Positions 49,201 through 52,605 of a stretch of DNA of 52,605 nt are shown here, one piece after another. The notes beneath the pieces were generated by a model. That model did not search any database. It saw only the letters and a program-made list of their open reading frames with translations, and was not told the DNA's origin. Within the stretch, counting starts at the first letter, position 1. Every line of letters starts with the position of its first letter. Origin of the DNA: Octopus bimaculoides (taxonomy: Eukaryota); the NCBI RefSeq assembly GCF_001194135.2, contig NC_068995.1:23233705-23286309 (forward strand), given 5' to 3'. A program made the position numbers and the translations under genes.

Positions 49201-49596
49201 CTATAGTTTCACTATTATTACTATAATTATATCATTACTATAAGGCCTAGAGGTCCTTATATTGCCTCCCTTGAATTCTTTAGAAAACAAATGATAGCCC
49301 ATTTACAGCTGTTGGTTTAGCTACTGATGATTCTACGGCTCTAAATAGAAGAGCGGGATTGTTGAGCTGGTAGTTGACATACCTGACGGTGGAATGGGAG
49401 TGGGTGAGAGGCAATTTTTGAGAGGAGCATCGACACGTTGGACATAGCATAGCTGAGATATAGAAATTTATAACATCTCAAAGTTTTAACAAATCCATAG
49501 TAATCTGTCTATAAAACATCTCATCGTATTTACAATAAAGGAATCAATCTATGGAATATCACATCGTAGTTTATTATTATTATTATTATTATTATT

Positions 49597-50154
49597 GAGT
49601 GAGATAGCAGTGCATGCCATCAAACTGACACTGGGGTTAAGTATACGAAGCCCAGTATACCCATTGTGGCTACCCGTCTGATAAGGATACATCAGGCACA
49701 TGCATCACAACCATATGTGCGCGACAGGGTGATCTCATATCAAGATAAACAGCACATGACATTGCAGGTGGGTCCCAGTTAGAATCTTCAGGCCGACTAG
49801 CCCAGTTAGAATCTTCAGGTCGACTAGCCCATCCCACTCAAAAGGTCCCGGAATAAGAGTTGTCTAAGGATGTTGAACGAAACGCCTAGATGTGAACCCT
49901 AAAGAGTTCCTCTCAACATATGGGCTATGATGCTCCCTCATTACTTTTCGTGATCAGAGATGCACATATCGTCAGCCACTAAGGGACATGCTCAGCTGGT
50001 TAAGGTCAAACAACTGACAAACAAATCTGTGGTATTGAGCAGAATATTTGCAGTTGCTCATCTTTTATACAAAGACAAAACAATGTACATGAAAACACTT
50101 CCAATCAGTTAAGATGAGAAGCCACGAGAGTCACTGCCTGGTACTGAATCAGGG

Positions 50155-50156
<2 letters not shown>
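49597..50156. mobile_element. Unclassified ~560-bp (TTA)n-bounded non-coding element, copy A
   Basis: Starts gagtgagatagcagtgcatgcc and ends gcctggtactgaatcagggca, colinear with copy B. Internal 27-bp tandem duplication at 49774-49827. Confidence 0.85.
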
Positions 50157-50233
<77 letters not shown>

Positions 50234-50797
50234 GAGTGAGAGAGCAGGGCATGCCACCAAAGTGACACTGGTGTGAAATATACGAAGCCCGGTGTACACA
50301 TCATGACTACTCGTCTGATAAGGGTACACCAGGCACATGCATCACTACCATATGGGCGCAATATAGTGGTCTCATATCAAGATAAACAGCACATGACCTA
50401 GCAGGTAGGGCCCAGTTAGAATTTTCTTCAAGTCGAGTAGCCCATCCCGCACAAAAAGTCCTTCAATAAAGGTTGTTTGAGGATGTCGAACGAAATATCC
50501 ATGTTTCCAAAGGTGAATTATCCTAACTCCAAAGAATTCCTCTCAACACATGACTATGATGCTCCACCCCACCCCCCACTACTTCTGTTCGTGATCAGAG
50601 ATGCACGTATCATCAGCCACTAAGGGACATGCTCAACTGGTTGAGATCAAGCAACTCACAAGCACATCTGTGGTATTGAACAGAATATTTGGTGTAGCCC
50701 ATCTTTTATATCAAGACAAAACAATATACATGATAGCACCTCCAATCAGTTAAGATAAGTAGCCATGAGGACCATTGTCTGGCACTGCATCAGGGCA
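50234..50797. mobile_element. Unclassified ~560-bp (TTA)n-bounded non-coding element, copy B
   Basis: Starts gagtgagagagcagggcatgcc and ends gtctggcactgcatcagggca; many substitutions relative to copy A. Confidence 0.85.
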
Positions 50798-50830
<33 letters not shown>

Positions 50831-50833
<3 letters not shown>

Positions 50834-50965
50834 CTGTCTTTTCGTTCTGAGTTCCATTCGCTTAGGTCGAGTTTGCTTTTCATCCTTTTGGGCTCGATAA
50901 ATTAAGTAATCGGCTTAAACCCTCCCCGAAAATTTCAATCTTTGTGCCTTTAGTAGAAAAGATTA
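50831..50965 (+). mobile_element. SINE family B fragment with (TTA)n tail
   Basis: gttctgagttccattcgcttaggtcgagtttgcttttcatccttttgggctcgataaattaagta...gtgcctttagtagaaaagattatt. Confidence 0.8.
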
Positions 50966-50987
50966 TTATTATTATTATTATTATTAT

Positions 50988-51061
<74 letters not shown>

Positions 51062-51062
51062 T
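50961..51062. repeat. (TTA)n grading into (TAG)n
   Basis: Read directly. Confidence 0.95.
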
Positions 51063-52605
51063 TTTAATGATCGACACATTTTCGATTTAGTATCATGCGT
51101 ATATCCGCTAAATTAGCAATTCTCCGACATTAATTTCAATTTTCACCTGACGTGGGCTATGTTTTCGTTCATGAATTATTTAACACGTTATTCATATTAC
51201 GCATAATATCCGTTATGCAACTTTACATTATATTTATTCAATTTTACTATTTTTAATATAATCCGGTGAAATTGCAGAAATATTAATAATCTCTTGCGTT
51301 GATATCGTTGTACTGTTACTTGACAGTTCTGCTTTTTTAGAATGAATGACACTATTTGCAAGCTTTTATATATCATTCGTGGGTGGGTTGTTGTCACGAG
51401 GACACGTATATCGTATTCTATCTCGAAAGTCGTAAATGTAAGAATTCCGTCACAACTCTGTTGGTCGAGGATATTTCAAGGGTAACCCTCAAGCTAGGAA
51501 TCTTCTGCCAACGATCTCGTTTCACTTACACAATTAACTTATGATTACAGGTTTTCATCGCTTATTTGGGGAAATTCGCTAGACGCGATGAACACATATA
51601 GGTGTTTCTTGAAATGATATGTTATTATCAGTGATAACGCTATTAAGTAAAAAGACACTTTGTATCATCATTGAGTTCCTTGGATAGACAGTTTCTTGCC
51701 AAATCCTCGAATGGAGAAATAGAACTTGTTTATTTTCTTAATAACGTTCTGCACTTTGTATTCTCCATTAATTATGCCTCATACAAATTGTTGACAAATA
51801 CAAGCACTAGTAATAGATGTATCATATACAGTTGTAAGCAAATAATAGTTTGCTTGAAATATAGAAAAACGTATTTTCCTTTTGTCTATCGTGATATTTT
51901 TGTTTTTATTGAATTTGACGAATGTTGAAGATATATCGCAATGAGAAACTAAAGCTTTTTCAATTATTTTGACAAGTTGTAGGGAATTTTTTTTTCGCCT
52001 ATTCGTGTGGAAAATTCTAATGTTGATGTCGAAGCAAGTATATAAAAAAGAAATAATCTGTCAACACTATTCTACAAAGTATTAATCTGTCGAAAATAAA
52101 CTTAAGTTGACATGGTGAAATAATAGTAATAATAACTTGAAATTATGAATATTGGCGAAATGATACCAATAATGAGACATATAATTAAAAAATATGATAA
52201 TTAGGTTTAAATATGGTTGTCTGACAACGTTTATTGCATCAACATAGAAATAAGAGCAGTTGACATCTAACATACATTGCCATTAAATGTAACACTAAGT
52301 TATACAGGTTTCAACTCAGTAATTCTTCAGAAATCAGTATTGATAATTGCAACATATCAGTCGCCAAGGCTTGAGCTCCAAATTTATTAACTGGGAGTTC
52401 AATAAGCTATATGAAGTATGTCTCTGTATGTGTGCATGTGTTTGGGAGTGTGTTTGCGTATAAATGATAGGACAGAGATTTACAGACAGAGCTGTATATT
52501 TAGATAAAATGCACGTGAAAAATATGTAGCTAACATATACATACACACACACACACACATACACACACACATATATATATGTAAATGTATACGAACACAC
52601 ACACA

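Noticed and set aside
51341-51928. Several plus-strand acceptor/donor pairs and an 85-aa ORF as downstream exons of the signal-peptide candidate
   Set aside because: No phase-consistent, recognisable product could be assembled.

Overview
AT-rich, repeat-dominated eukaryotic DNA from a gapped short-read assembly (six N-runs). It is most likely Octopus, inferred from the SINE families and extreme microsatellite load rather than from a database search. No host protein-coding gene can be identified with confidence. Almost every ORF in the supplied track is an artefact of microsatellites, N-gaps or antisense TE sequence. The window is a transposon graveyard. DNA transposons: three decayed mariners, one DD37D/maT deletion derivative and two pogo/Tigger remnants. 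LINEs: two RTE, two L1/Tx1-like and two R4/Dong-like fragments. It also holds two Penelope-like elements (PLEs), about 15 tRNA-derived SINE copies from three families, and two copies of an unclassified ~560-bp (TTA)n-bounded element. The most interesting structure is at 31763-33695. It is a PLE with inverted plus direct terminal repeats, each built from a tRNA-Arg-like Pol III head, a (TAA)n tract and a minimal type I hammerhead ribozyme motif, with a Dong-like LINE nested in one (TAA)n tract. A second, Neptune-like PLE ends in three tandem decayed hammerhead-like units. A few isolated exon-like segments, including a possible signal-peptide exon at 44542-44604, are reported at low confidence. 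All translations, folds and family assignments were done by eye from recalled consensus motifs.
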